A stretch of DNA of 44,612 nt from Patescibacteria group bacterium (GCA_022705625.1 JAKJEE010000002.1:1-44612), one strand, 5' to 3'. Positions 9,890 to 19,437 are shown, counted from the stretch's first letter. Program-made: numbers and translations. The notes: a model not told the origin generated them from the sequence alone.

Positions 9890-12187
9890 TTAATTTTTCA
9901 TAAAATCTCTTGAGCTGTCTAATTCGAGTGATAAGATTTGCGAGAACTTCTCTTTGCCGATAGTAACGCCATAAATTACATTAGCGCTTGACATAGTTAA
10001 TCAATTGTGGGTAATAACAATGTATTGAGTTTTATCACTTAAATCTTTTAATATATTTGAGAATTTGCGAGTATTTTCTTCGTCAAGAGCGGCATCCACT
10101 TCATCTAAAACTAAAAGTGGTGGTTGGCTTTGAGAAACAATCGCAAATAGTAAAGCAATGGAAACTAAACTTTTTTCTCCACCCGACAAGGCCTCAACTC
10201 CATCAAGTTTGGTCTTAGGTAGTTTGACCTTGATTTCAACTCCTAACTTATCGTCGGTTTCTTCTTCAGCAGTCAAGCTATCCTGCGCACTTTCTTTGTC
10301 TTCAGTTTTGGCAATTTTTTCTTTAATTTCAATAATTTCTAAATTGCCTTTACCACCACCAAAAATTATTTCGAGATATTTATTAAAATCGGCATTAATA
10401 TTTTTAATTGATGTTCGAAAAGTATTATTAATCTGGTTAGTCAATTCTTTGATAACAATTTTAAGATCACTAACCGCTTTTTCTAAATCAGTTTTCTGAT
10501 TTTCCAAAAATTCGATACGTTTTTGGGTGTCGTTATATTCGTCAACAATGTTTTGATCCACAAAGCCAAGCTCGTTTAAAATGGCACGAAGTTTTTCAAT
10601 CTTATCATAATAATTTTTGAGATCTTGGTCGCTCAAAATCAAGGAGGTCTCTTCATCTTTAATTAAAAAATTGAAATCTAAATTCATCGAGGATACTTGA
10701 TTTTTTAAATTTTCGATATTGATATTGTTTTTTTCAATTTCAACATTAAAGCTCTGTTTGTCCCTTTGTAAATTCATTAATTCTCGTTGCTTGTGTTCAA
10801 TTAGATTGAACATTTCACGTTGTTTTTTTGATTCATCCTCTATTCGATTTTCTAAGTCATTGGCTTCGATGTCTTTGCTACTAATTTGTTTATCAAATTC
10901 ATTGATTTGGTTTTTAAGATTCAAAATACGATTTTTGATTGTTTCAATATTAACGTTTAATTCTTCAATGTGGGCAGTGTTAACCATAACTTCCGGTTGG
11001 ATTTCTTCAGTTGGTTTAATGTCTAAAATTTCATCCAAAATATTCTCAATAGAAACGATATTACTTTTAATTTCGTGAATATCACTACTATTTAAAATAT
11101 TTTTTATAAGTTGTTTTAAATTGTTAAATTTTAACTCGAGATTTTCAAAACTAATAAATCGAGGTTTTTTTGCCACATTAGAAGCAGATTGTAAGGGTTG
11201 ATGATTAGTAGTTAAATGCTGGAGTGATAATGTTTTTTCTTCAATTTGTCCTTCTAATTTGGCCATTTCATAAACTAAGGTTTGCTTTTGAGTATTTAAG
11301 TCCTTAATAAAATTTTCAACTTCACGCTGTTGTTGGTTAAGATTACTAATTATATTTTTATCAGTGATATTACTCAAGCCAAGTTTAACTTTTTCATTTT
11401 CAATTTCGGATTCGATGGTTTTAATCTTATCGTCGTAATTTTTAAGTTCAAGCAAAGTTGATTCATTACTTTTTTGAAAAGTATGGAAGCGATAACCGTA
11501 ATATTTTTTGCATAAATTAACTAATTCGTCTTGATACTCTTGTTGTTTATCAAACCGCGAAACATAACGTTTAAGCGATCTAAAATGAGGAAGAATCTCA
11601 TTTACAAGTGAGGTCACTTTATCTAAATTAATAATCGTAGCATCTAATTTCTTTTGAGAAGATTCTTTTTTTATTTCCAATTGTCTTAATCCTAAGATTT
11701 CTTCAAACATAATCTTACGCTCAACTGGCGAAACTTTCAAAATATTTTCGATACTACCCTGGCTAATAATTGATAATCCTTTGGTGCCTAGCTGAAATGA
11801 TGCTAACAATTCAACTAAGTCTTTTTGGCGAGCATCTTTTTTATTTAAAAAATATTCGGTTTTACCATCACGATAAATTACTTTTTCAATTTCTAAAGTA
11901 TTGACCTCGATTATATCGGGTCGGTTAATTTCATCAAAAACTAATCTGACTTTAGCGCTTTGGCCAGCCGGACGAAATTCGTTGCCACTGAAAATTAAAT
12001 TGATATTGTTGTCAATTCTAAGATTTTTTGAACTTTGTTCGCCTAAAACTCAACGCAAGGCGTCAACTACATTGGATTTGCCTGAACCATTAGGGCCAAC
12101 AATAGCGCTAATTCCTTTAGGAAATTGTAAAATAGTTTTGTCGGCAAATGATTTAAACCCTTTGATTTCGATTTCGCGCAAAAACAT
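9890..12187 (-). CDS. smc: SMC-family chromosome segregation ATPase, unusually short (765 aa) with no recognisable hinge domain. In-frame TGA=Trp at 10001 and 12050.
   Basis: The N-terminus reads [26 protein letters not shown]. The C-terminus reads [35 protein letters not shown]. The frame was checked for TAA/TAG at both joins. Confidence 0.85.
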
Positions 12188-12197
12188 GTTAAGAATT

Positions 12198-12225
12198 CAA
12201 AAGTCAAAAGTCAAAAGTCAAAAAT
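12198..12225. repeat. Heptad microsatellite (AAAAGTC) x3-4, abutting the smc start codon.
   Basis: On the minus strand it reads TTGACTTTTGACTTTTGACTTTTG, 10 nt upstream of the ATG at 12187. Confidence 0.75.
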
Positions 12226-12324
12226 ATAATTAACTTAAAACTAATAGGACCATGGTTTGTTAAAATAAACAAAGATATAATAACAAATATAAAAAATAAA
12301 AGCAATATTCTCAATATTTTTGCA

Positions 12325-12353
12325 ACAAAAAATACCACTAATTTTAGTGGCAT
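12325..12353 (-). terminator. Intrinsic terminator of rnc.
   Basis: On the minus strand, ATGCCACTA..TAGTGGTAT is followed by a T-run. Confidence 0.65.
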
Positions 12354-12363
12354 TTTTTGTTTA

Positions 12364-13122
12364 TTATTTTCATTTTTCTTCTTTGAGAGCATTCTCGGCC
12401 GCTTTTTCTTCGGCATCTTTTTTAGACCAACCTTCACCCATACCTATTTCTTGGTTGTGAATTGAAACCGAAACGGTATAAAAAACTTGATGAGCTGGCC
12501 CAACCGATTTAATAACTTTATAGTTTGGTGCTTTTTTGTAAAGTTCTTGCATTTTTTCTTGTAATAAACTTTTGTGATCTTTTTGATTACTTTTCTCGGC
12601 AACTTCGTTAATAAAATCTTTCAAAATATCAGTAATAACATTTTTGGCAACTTGAAATCCCTGATCTAAATAAATGGCGCCAAATAAGGCCTCGACTGCA
12701 TCCGCTAAAACATAACATTTTACTTTGGACTCATCGATAGTTTTTTCATTTAATTGAGACAAAAATTGTTCAACGCTCATTCTCTCTCCTTTGGATATAA
12801 AAATATATTTGTCTAAAGATAAAGATAATGCAATTTTTGACAGCATTAAGGAATTAACTAAATTGGCGCGTAGAGGCGTTAAAATACCTTCCGGCAAATC
12901 AGGATATTTGGAAAAAATAAAATCAGAACTTGAAAGTTGTAACACGGCATCGCCCAAAAATTCTAAACGCTCATTATGTTTATAAGGTCATTTTTTGTTT
13001 TCGTTTAAAAACGAACTGTGGGTAAGTGCTTCAAAAAAATATTCTTTTTTTCTGATTTTTATTTTGAAATGATTTTCAAAATATTGTAGAGCTTCGTCTT
13101 TACGATGTTCTCAATTGGTCAT
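12364..13122 (-). CDS. rnc: Ribonuclease III (about 252 aa). In-frame TGA=Trp codons are present. The old TGA stop at 12370 is read as W-K-stop.
   Basis: Motifs present: HNERLEFLGDAVL signature and a C-terminal dsRBD (GPAHQVFYTV..GEGWSKKDAEEKAAENAL). The frame was checked from 12901 to 13122. Confidence 0.9.
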
Positions 13123-13133
13123 AATAAATAATT

Positions 13134-13610
13134 TTAATTAACAATTTGTTCAGTTGAAGGTGGATTAGGTATAGCTTCGCCTTCGGGTTTTATTGCTTGC
13201 ATAGTTTTATAAACCGTGCCTAAAACACCATTTACAAAACTGAAAGAATTTTGACCACCGAAATTCTTGGCCAATTCTACGGCTTCATTAATGGCTACTT
13301 TCGGTGGTACATCGCCGGACTTGTCAAATAATAATTCATATAAACCAATGCGTAAAACATTGCGATCAACAGTGTTGATTTGCGAGATTGGCCGCTCAAC
13401 CGCTGATTTTTGGATAATATCATCAAGTTGCGTTTGGTTTTTAAGAACGTTAGTAATTAACGTTTTTGGATATTCTTTATCAATTAAATCACTACCATAA
13501 TTAGCAATATTACGATCGATAATCTCATTGATGTCTTTTTCATGATTTCAAATTTCTCACTCATAAAGTGATTGCAATACAATCATACGACTAAAATGAC
13601 GTGAAGCCAT
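13134..13610 (-). CDS. nusB: Transcription antitermination factor NusB (158 aa), with two in-frame TGA=Trp.
   Basis: The frame is open (checked). The patterns R..VLQSLYE and [10 protein letters not shown] fit NusB. It ends 11 nt upstream of the rnc start. Confidence 0.85.
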
Positions 13611-13616
13611 AATATA

Positions 13617-13692
13617 ATTTTACTTTATAAAATTTAGAAGTTAGAATAAAACGATATTCTAAACTCTAAATTATACAGAATCTTTTATTAAA
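13617..13692 (-). promoter_or_regulatory. 76-nt promoter/leader module, copy 1 (upstream of nusB-rnc).
   Basis: It is 75/76 identical to 14002-14077. It contains a TATAAT (13670-13675, minus strand) and the leader hairpin GTTTAGAAT..ATTCTAAC. Confidence 0.6.
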
Positions 13693-13702
13693 TGGTATTT
13701 TA

Positions 13703-13735
13703 ATGGCGAAAAAAGTAAATTGCTTTTTTCGCCAT
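13703..13735 (-). terminator. Intrinsic terminator of rpmF.
   Basis: The stem ATGGCGAAAAAAG/CTTTTTTCGCCAT lies just past the rpmF TAA. Confidence 0.65.
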
Positions 13736-13741
13736 TTAAGA

Positions 13742-13993
13742 TTATTTTGCCTTTGATTCTTTCGAGGTTGATTTCAACTCTTTTTGTTTTGCCTTCTTTT
13801 CCTTCTTATCAAGACCTTTTAAAACATCTACAATTGTTTTGCCTTTATAGGTTCCGCAATTAGGACACACACAATTCGCTAATATTTTTTCTTGACATTT
13901 CGAACAAGAAATAAGGTTAACTTTGGTAAGAGCATGATGCGATCGACGTTTGTTAGTTCTTGACTTGGAATGATGTCGTGATGGTAAAGCCAT
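13742..13993 (-). CDS. rpmF: 50S ribosomal protein L32 with a Lys-rich C-terminal extension (83 aa).
   Basis: The sequence MALPSRHHSKSRTNKRRSH..C..C..CPNCG carries a zinc-ribbon pattern typical of bL32. Confidence 0.9.
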   Translation of the reverse strand: MALPSRHHSKSRTNKRRSHHALTKVNLISCSKCQEKILANCVCPNCGTYKGKTIVDVLKGLDKKEKKAKQKELKSTSKESKAK

Positions 13994-14001
13994 ATTGCTA
14001 A

Positions 14002-14077
14002 ATTTTACTTCATAAAATTTAGAAGTTAGAATAAAACGATATTCTAAACTCTAAATTATACAGAATCTTTTATTAAA
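14002..14077 (-). promoter_or_regulatory. 76-nt promoter/leader module, copy 2 (upstream of rpmF).
   Basis: It is 75/76 identical to 13617-13692. Confidence 0.6.
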
Positions 14078-14180
14078 ATTAATTCGATTTAACAGTGATA
14101 TTGTATCATAAAAAATGATGTTTTACAAGAGCTAACGCTACCCTAACAATCCTAACATCCCAAATTATCCCCGCTGCGCT

Positions 14181-14556
14181 CCCCCAAACTAACCAATAAT
14201 AAAGTCAAATGTCAAATGTCAAATGTCAAAAATGAAAATTCCAATATCCAATAAACAAGAATAAAGTCAAAAATCCCCCACACTAACCAATAATAAAGTC
14301 AAATGTCAAATGTCAAATGTCAAAAATGAAAATTCCAATATCCAATAAACAAGAATAAAGTCAAAAGTCCCCCACACTAACCAATAATAAAGTCAAATGT
14401 CAAATGTCAAATGTCAAAAATGAAAATTCCAATATCCAATAAACAAGAATAAAGTCAAAAGTCCCCCACACTAACCAATAATAAAGTCAAATGTCAAATG
14501 TCAAATTTCAAAAATGAAAATTCCAATATCCAATAAACAAGAATAAAGTCAAAAGT
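14181..14556. repeat. Tandem array of 4 x 94 bp. Each unit is CCCCCA(C/A)ACTAAC + (GTCAAAT) heptads + AATTCCAATATCCAATAAACAAG.
   Basis: The CCCCC landmarks at 14181, 14275, 14369, 14463 and 14557 give an exact 94-bp period. The units are nearly identical. Confidence 0.95.
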
Positions 14557-14655
14557 CCCCCACACTAACTTTACAATAGAACGGTAATATTAGTTAAGAG
14601 AAGCGAAAGATAGTAGATAAATTATGGCATGTATTTAGTAAAGTTAATGTGGGGG
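14557..14655. repeat. 99-nt hairpin/MITE-like element H1 with 18-19-bp terminal inverted repeats CCCCCACACTAACTTTAC..GTAAAGTTAATGTGGGGG.
   Basis: The architecture and length match the elements at 19728-19826 and 19893-19991. Confidence 0.8.
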
Positions 14656-14660
14656 CGAGA

Positions 14661-14698
14661 CGCTTCGCTCCACTACTAACCGAAGGTTAGTGTGGGGG
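14661..14698. repeat. Short REP-like hairpin S1 (CGCTTCGCTCCACTACTAAC..GTTAGTGTGGGGG).
   Basis: The same element occurs at 19314-19352 and 19539-19578. Confidence 0.8.
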
Positions 14699-14771
14699 CT
14701 GGCCGAAGCAAATATAGCTATCTTACTGTTGTTTTGCTATTTACTAATTAATAATTACGTTTTACTCCTTT

Positions 14772-15107
14772 CTATTTCTCATCTTTCTTTGGAAATCGAA
14801 TAATTAGAATGCCTTTGTCATCAAAATTGGCAGTAGCATTATCGGTATCAATATCTGGTGGCAACACACAAGTTTTAGAAAAATTACCTCAATAACATTC
14901 GTGTTTAATATAGTCATCACTACCAACAATTTCTGGTTCTTTTCGTTCGCCACGAATGGTTACCATATCGTTGTTAATAGAAATATCGATTTCGCTTTGG
15001 TCAACACCAGCGATAACAGTGCGTAAAACAATTTCCTCATCGGTTTCATAAAGATCAACCGGGAGTCGCCCTTCTTCAGGACATTCAGGCAATTTTTTAT
15101 CTGGCAT
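14772..15107 (-). CDS. Small heat-shock protein, Hsp20/alpha-crystallin family (111 aa), with one in-frame TGA at 14889.
   Basis: The motifs ..VTIRGERK.. and ..GNFSKT..LP..D...A.F..GIL.I.FPKK fit the ACD pattern. The stop is TAG at 14772. Confidence 0.85.
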
Positions 15108-15224
15108 ATTATGTGGTTTTACCCCCGCTTTTAAGAACCATTTTAATTCTTAAAATCGGAGTGTTTTAATTAATTTTTTGTTTATCCCCTTTTTAAAAAA
15201 ATTTGAAAAGAGGGGGCTTACTGA

Positions 15225-15959
15225 CTATTTTTTTACTTTCACATTTAAACGTTCAACAACATCAAATAGTCATAACAGTACTGAGGCGCCAACAAATACG
15301 CAGGTAAACATTAATAGAACCGCAAAAATTCCATAAGTGAATATTAAAGTATTAAATAAAGCATGGAATAAAATAGCTAATGTCAAACCAGTTAATAATA
15401 AATATTTTCGTTTGGAAACAATTTGTATACTTCAGAAAAAACCGATTACGCCTGAGCAGATAATATGTAATAAATTAGCGCCTAAAAATCGAGCCATTAG
15501 TGTCTGAAAAGGTATGATAAAGGTCTGAAGTTGATTAAATATTGAGAAATAATTTTCGATAGAGGAAAAACCAATAGCACAAACAATCATATAAATCATT
15601 GGGTCGATAGCTTCATTAAGGTGCTTGCTATGACTTAAGGTGGCATAAATCATTATGAACTTAACAATTTCTTCGACAATCGCCACTCAAAGAAAAGCAT
15701 TAAAACTATCATGGTATTGGATGGTATTATAAAAAGCTGGTCAATAAATTTTTGAAAAAGCTTCCACAAAGTTTTGAGTGAACAAAACCACAATGGTAGC
15801 AACAATACCCATTAAAAAAGCATGGAATAAAACATATTTTGGCTCAGGATTTTTCCAATCACGCAGTAGAAAAAAGATTAGCCAGATAGTTAGAGGTATC
15901 ATACCAAAACTGAATGGTAAAAGATAGGTATTAAAAATTGCTAAAAAAGCTGATCACAT
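15225..15959 (-). CDS. PrsW-family intramembrane metalloprotease-like membrane protein (244 aa), with several in-frame TGA.
   Basis: The frame was checked and is open. Motifs EEIVKF, GFSSIEN and FHALFN sit in a multi-TM context, matching PrsW signature positions as I recall them. Confidence 0.7.
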
Positions 15960-16056
15960 TTACATTAATTTAAATATAAAGGCATTATATAGAAAAAAAC
16001 AAAAATAGTCAATGATTAGACGTTTATAAATATCAAAGATATTAAGTTTGGTAAAA

Positions 16057-18210
16057 TTAATTATATTTTTCAACCATTAAAAGATTGTGGCGATTGGGCA
16101 ATAAGCTTCAAATATATTCGGTTATAAACGGAATAAACGGATGAAGCATTTTAAGATTATTTTCCAAAATCTTTAAGAGTACATATTGAGCTTGAGTTTT
16201 GTTTTGATTATTTTTAATATCTTGTTTCAAATCTTCAATAATTTTATCAGCAAAAGTAAACCAGAAATATTTATATAGTAGCGTGCTAGCGCCAGTTAAA
16301 TTTAATTTATCAAAAGCTTTTTGATATTTTTTTACGATTTCGTTATTATTGTCTAAATATTTTTGGTATTTGCCGTCGAGAGCAACGGTTTGAAAATCAA
16401 AATCGGCAATATTCATTAAAACAAACTTGGAAACATTTCAAACTTTATTCACAAAATTGCGGGCACCAATAACTTTATCATCAGAAAAAGCTAAATCATC
16501 CCCAATTTTTGTGCCGTAGAGCATTGATCAACGCAAAACATCGGCCCCATATTGATCACAAATAGTCAGCGGGTCAATGGCATTACCCTTGGATTTAGAC
16601 ATCTTTTGATGATTTTTGTCACGAACAATACCGTGAAGCAACACTTGTTTAAACGGAACATGATTAGTTTTGTATAAGCTCATCATAATCATACGCGATA
16701 CTCAGAAAAAGAGTATATCATACCCGGTCTCCATCACATTGGTTGGAAAATACATTTCAAAATCGTTTTTTAAATTTAATTTTTGATCTTTAATGTTTGA
16801 TTTTGAACTACTTGACGATAGGAGAGTGGCAAATGGTCATTGGCTTGAAGAAAATCAAGTATCGAAAACATCTTGATCTTTTTCTCAACCTTCACCTGGA
16901 CATTCTTTTTGAATTTTTATACTCTCGCCTTTAAATCAAGCTGGAATAGGAATACCTCAATAAATTTGACGAGAAATATTTCAATCTTTCAATTCTTTCA
17001 TTCAATGAAAGAAAGTTTTTTCAAAGCGTTTAGGAATAATTTGAACATCGCCTTTTTTAACGGCTGCCACGCCTAAATCACGTAATGATTTTTTTGTGTC
17101 ATTGATTGGTTTAGTCATAGCCACAAATCATTGCGGAATAACTAATGGTTCGATTGGAGTATTACATTTATAGCAAACGGAAACATTATGCTTATAGGGC
17201 TCTTGTTTGACGAAGGAACCTTGGTCGGTTAAAATTTTGATGGCTTCTTCTCTCGCAACTTTTGGTTTAAGACCAGCTAATGGCCCAGCATTATTATTCA
17301 ATTTTCCATCAAGATCAATAATCGATCTAAAACCAAGATTATTTTTTTGGCCAATCTCAAAATCAACTGGATCGTGGTTGGGAGTTATTTTGAGAGCACC
17401 GGTGCCGAATTCAATATCAACACCTTCATCAGCGACAACAACGATTTCTCGATTGGTAATTGGTTCAATAACTTTTTTACCAATTCAAGTTTTATATCTT
17501 TTATCTTGAGGGTTAACGGCTATAGCCAAATCGCCAGGAATAGTTTCAGGGCGAGTAGTGGCTACGGTTAAAAAATCATCACTGTCAATTGATTTATATT
17601 TTAGATAGTATAGAAAACTGTTTTCTTCTATATATTGGGTTTCTAAATCAGATAGGGCTGTTCGATGTTTTGGGCAATAATTAACAATGCGATTGCCACG
17701 ATAAATCAAGCCATCATTATACATTTGTTCAAAAGTATCATAAACAATATCGACAATTTTTGAATCAAGAGTGAAGGTTTCACGACTTCAGTCACATGAA
17801 CTACCTAAACGCTTAATTTGTTCGTTCATATGTTTTTTGTTTTCTTGAGTAAAATTTCAAACTTCATTATAGAAATCTTGCCTTTCCATTTGAAAGCGAG
17901 ATCTGCCTTCTTTTTCTAATTTTTTTTCATACACGACTTGCGTTTCAAAACCAGCATGATCGGATCCAGGAAGTCATAAAGTTTTTTTACCTTGCATTCG
18001 TTGATATCTAATAATCGCATCTTCAATGCTCATAACTAAACCATGACCTAAATGTAAACTACCATTAGCATTGGTTGGTGGCATAATAATACAAAACGGC
18101 TCTTGATTTTCTTTAGGCAAATTATCGGGATTAAAAAAACCGGACTTTTCTCAAGTTTGATAAATATTTTCTTCTACGTTTTTATGATCATAGGCTTTGG
18201 GTAAATCCAT
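16057..18210 (-). CDS. valS: Valine--tRNA ligase, short form (717 aa, no C-terminal coiled coil), with many in-frame TGA=Trp.
   Basis: Motifs present: [14 protein letters not shown] (HIGH), [37 protein letters not shown] and [13 protein letters not shown] translated the whole gene by eye. Only parts were checked codon by codon. Confidence 0.88.
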
Positions 18211-18265
18211 AATGTAAATTCAGCGTATAATAATGATATTATATCATAAAAAAGATAAATGTAAA

Positions 18266-18294
18266 TAAAAAATGAGCCGGGAATATCCCGGCTC
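18266..18294 (-). terminator. Canonical intrinsic terminator (GAGCCGGG..CCCGGCTC plus T-run) starting 8 nt after the TGA of ORF 18303..19007.
   Basis: It has a GC-rich 8-bp stem and a 5-nt loop, followed on the minus strand by TTTTTTATTT. Confidence 0.8.
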
Positions 18295-18302
18295 ACCCTT
18301 AC

Positions 18303-19007
18303 TCATTTAAAGGATTTTTTCAAGACTATTGCCGAAGCTGATTCTGGTATACTGTTATAACTACCTATCGACTTGACATAAATAAAGTTCTCTAAAGGTT
18401 GGCCGAACCTATCGGTAGCAGACAATATATTTTCCATGATTAAAAATCGCACATTGGAATCGGAGAATAAGTTAATTGGGTTATATGAAACAAGGAGTTT
18501 TTCGCCAAAGGGCTGGTTAGTATATTGACGCCGGAAAACAATTATTTCATCAATACTTAATTCCCTAAGGCCAAAACTATCAGCTAATTCTTTAAGCTCT
18601 TCCTTCCTTGGGGTTGTTGTTCCAAAGAAAGTTTTAAAATCCATTTTGAACAAAAGCAACTTATTTTCTTGGTCACTTTTGTTATTACTTACATGGTGTT
18701 CTAAAAACTCCCTCATTAGAAAGTCTGCAATAAACATGTCGTCATACGCAAAATAAGTTCGTGCATCACTATTATTCTGATGCAAACAACTTATTTCTCT
18801 TAACATCTCCGTGACCTGACTAGTATTGTAATCAAGCCTTAACCAAGGAACCTTGGCTAGAACTTGTTGTACAATAAGATTAGCATGGGCTTGTGAATTC
18901 ATAAACTGGAACCAATCTTCTTCATCACGTCCAACCGCTTCAAGACTTTTAATAATTAAATAGTTTACCCTTAAAAGCCTACCCAACACGTTAATAACTT
19001 TACTCAT
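18303..19007 (-). CDS. Hypothetical 234-aa protein (cassette gene) with no family I can recognise.
   Basis: A GGGAGG Shine-Dalgarno site is present. The ATG overlaps the stop of the small upstream ORF (ATGAGTAA). Both Trp codons are TGG and there is no internal TGA. It is GC-richer than its neighbours. Confidence 0.6.
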   Translation of the reverse strand: MSKVINVLGRLLRVNYLIIKSLEAVGRDEEDWFQFMNSQAHANLIVQQVLAKVPWLRLDYNTSQVTEMLREISCLHQNNSDARTYFAYDDMFIADFLMREFLEHHVSNNKSDQENKLLLFKMDFKTFFGTTTPRKEELKELADSFGLRELSIDEIIVFRRQYTNQPFGEKLLVSYNPINLFSDSNVRFLIMENILSATDRFGQPLENFIYVKSIGSYNSIPESASAIVLKKSFK

Positions 19008-19104
19008 TTTTTCCTCCCACCTTTCCTCCTATATCAATAGGCATCCAGGTATTTAAATAGTAGTCGCCGCCTGTCATAATATTATTTATGATTTCTTGCG
19101 CCAT
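19000..19104 (-). CDS. Possible 34-aa leader/partner peptide, translationally coupled to the 234-aa ORF.
   Basis: The ATG is at 19102-19104. The TAA overlaps the downstream ATG. The ORF-track M at 19209 is an alternative start that lies inside the promoter. Confidence 0.3.
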   Translation of the reverse strand: MAQEIINNIMTGGDYYLNTWMPIDIGGKVGGKNE

Positions 19105-19170
19105 TTTGGTAAGGATATTCCCAACCAAAATGGTGCAAGAAATACTTATTGTAAAAGATCTAATTAGTGG

Positions 19171-19199
19171 CATTATACCACAAAATACTGCCAGTGTAA
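19171..19199 (-). promoter_or_regulatory. Promoter TTTACA-17-TGGTATAAT (extended -10) for the 18.3-19.1 kb cassette.
   Basis: The hexamers lie at 19194-19199 and 19171-19176, with TG at the extended -10 position. Confidence 0.6.
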
Positions 19200-19237
19200 A
19201 TAAACACAAAAAACCGCATTGGCGGTTTTTTGTGAGA

Positions 19238-19437
19238 TTTATTTTTGTTATTGTTTGAGTATTGAATGTTGAATATTGGAATTTGAAAAACCGTGTTAAC
19301 GGTTTTTTGTAGTCCCGCTTCGCTCCACTACTAACTAAAGTTAGTGTGGGGGTTTATTTTTGTTATTGTTTGAGTATTGAATGTTGAATATTGGAATTTG
19401 AAAAACCGTGTTAACGGTTTTTTGTAGTCCCGTTTCA
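19238..19437. repeat. Two direct ~114-bp units: the inverse-orientation relative of the 94-bp unit, plus the hairpin AAAACCGTgttaACGGTTTT, plus an S hairpin.
   Basis: The unit TTTATTTTTGTTATTGTTTGAGTATTGAATGTTGAATATTGGAATTTG.. is repeated from 19238 and from 19353. Confidence 0.8.

Noticed and set aside
10158-12233. Plus-strand ORFs 10158..10499, 10719..11078 and 11901..12233 lie inside smc.
   Set aside because: They are antisense shadows of an AT-rich coiled-coil gene. Their translations are low-complexity and Ser/Leu/Ile-rich, and they have no start context.
14181-14556. Possible CRISPR array, because of regularly spaced CCCCCACACTAAC repeats.
   Set aside because: The entire 94-bp unit is repeated almost identically, so there are no unique spacers. 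No cas genes are present. This is a tandem repeat, not a CRISPR array.
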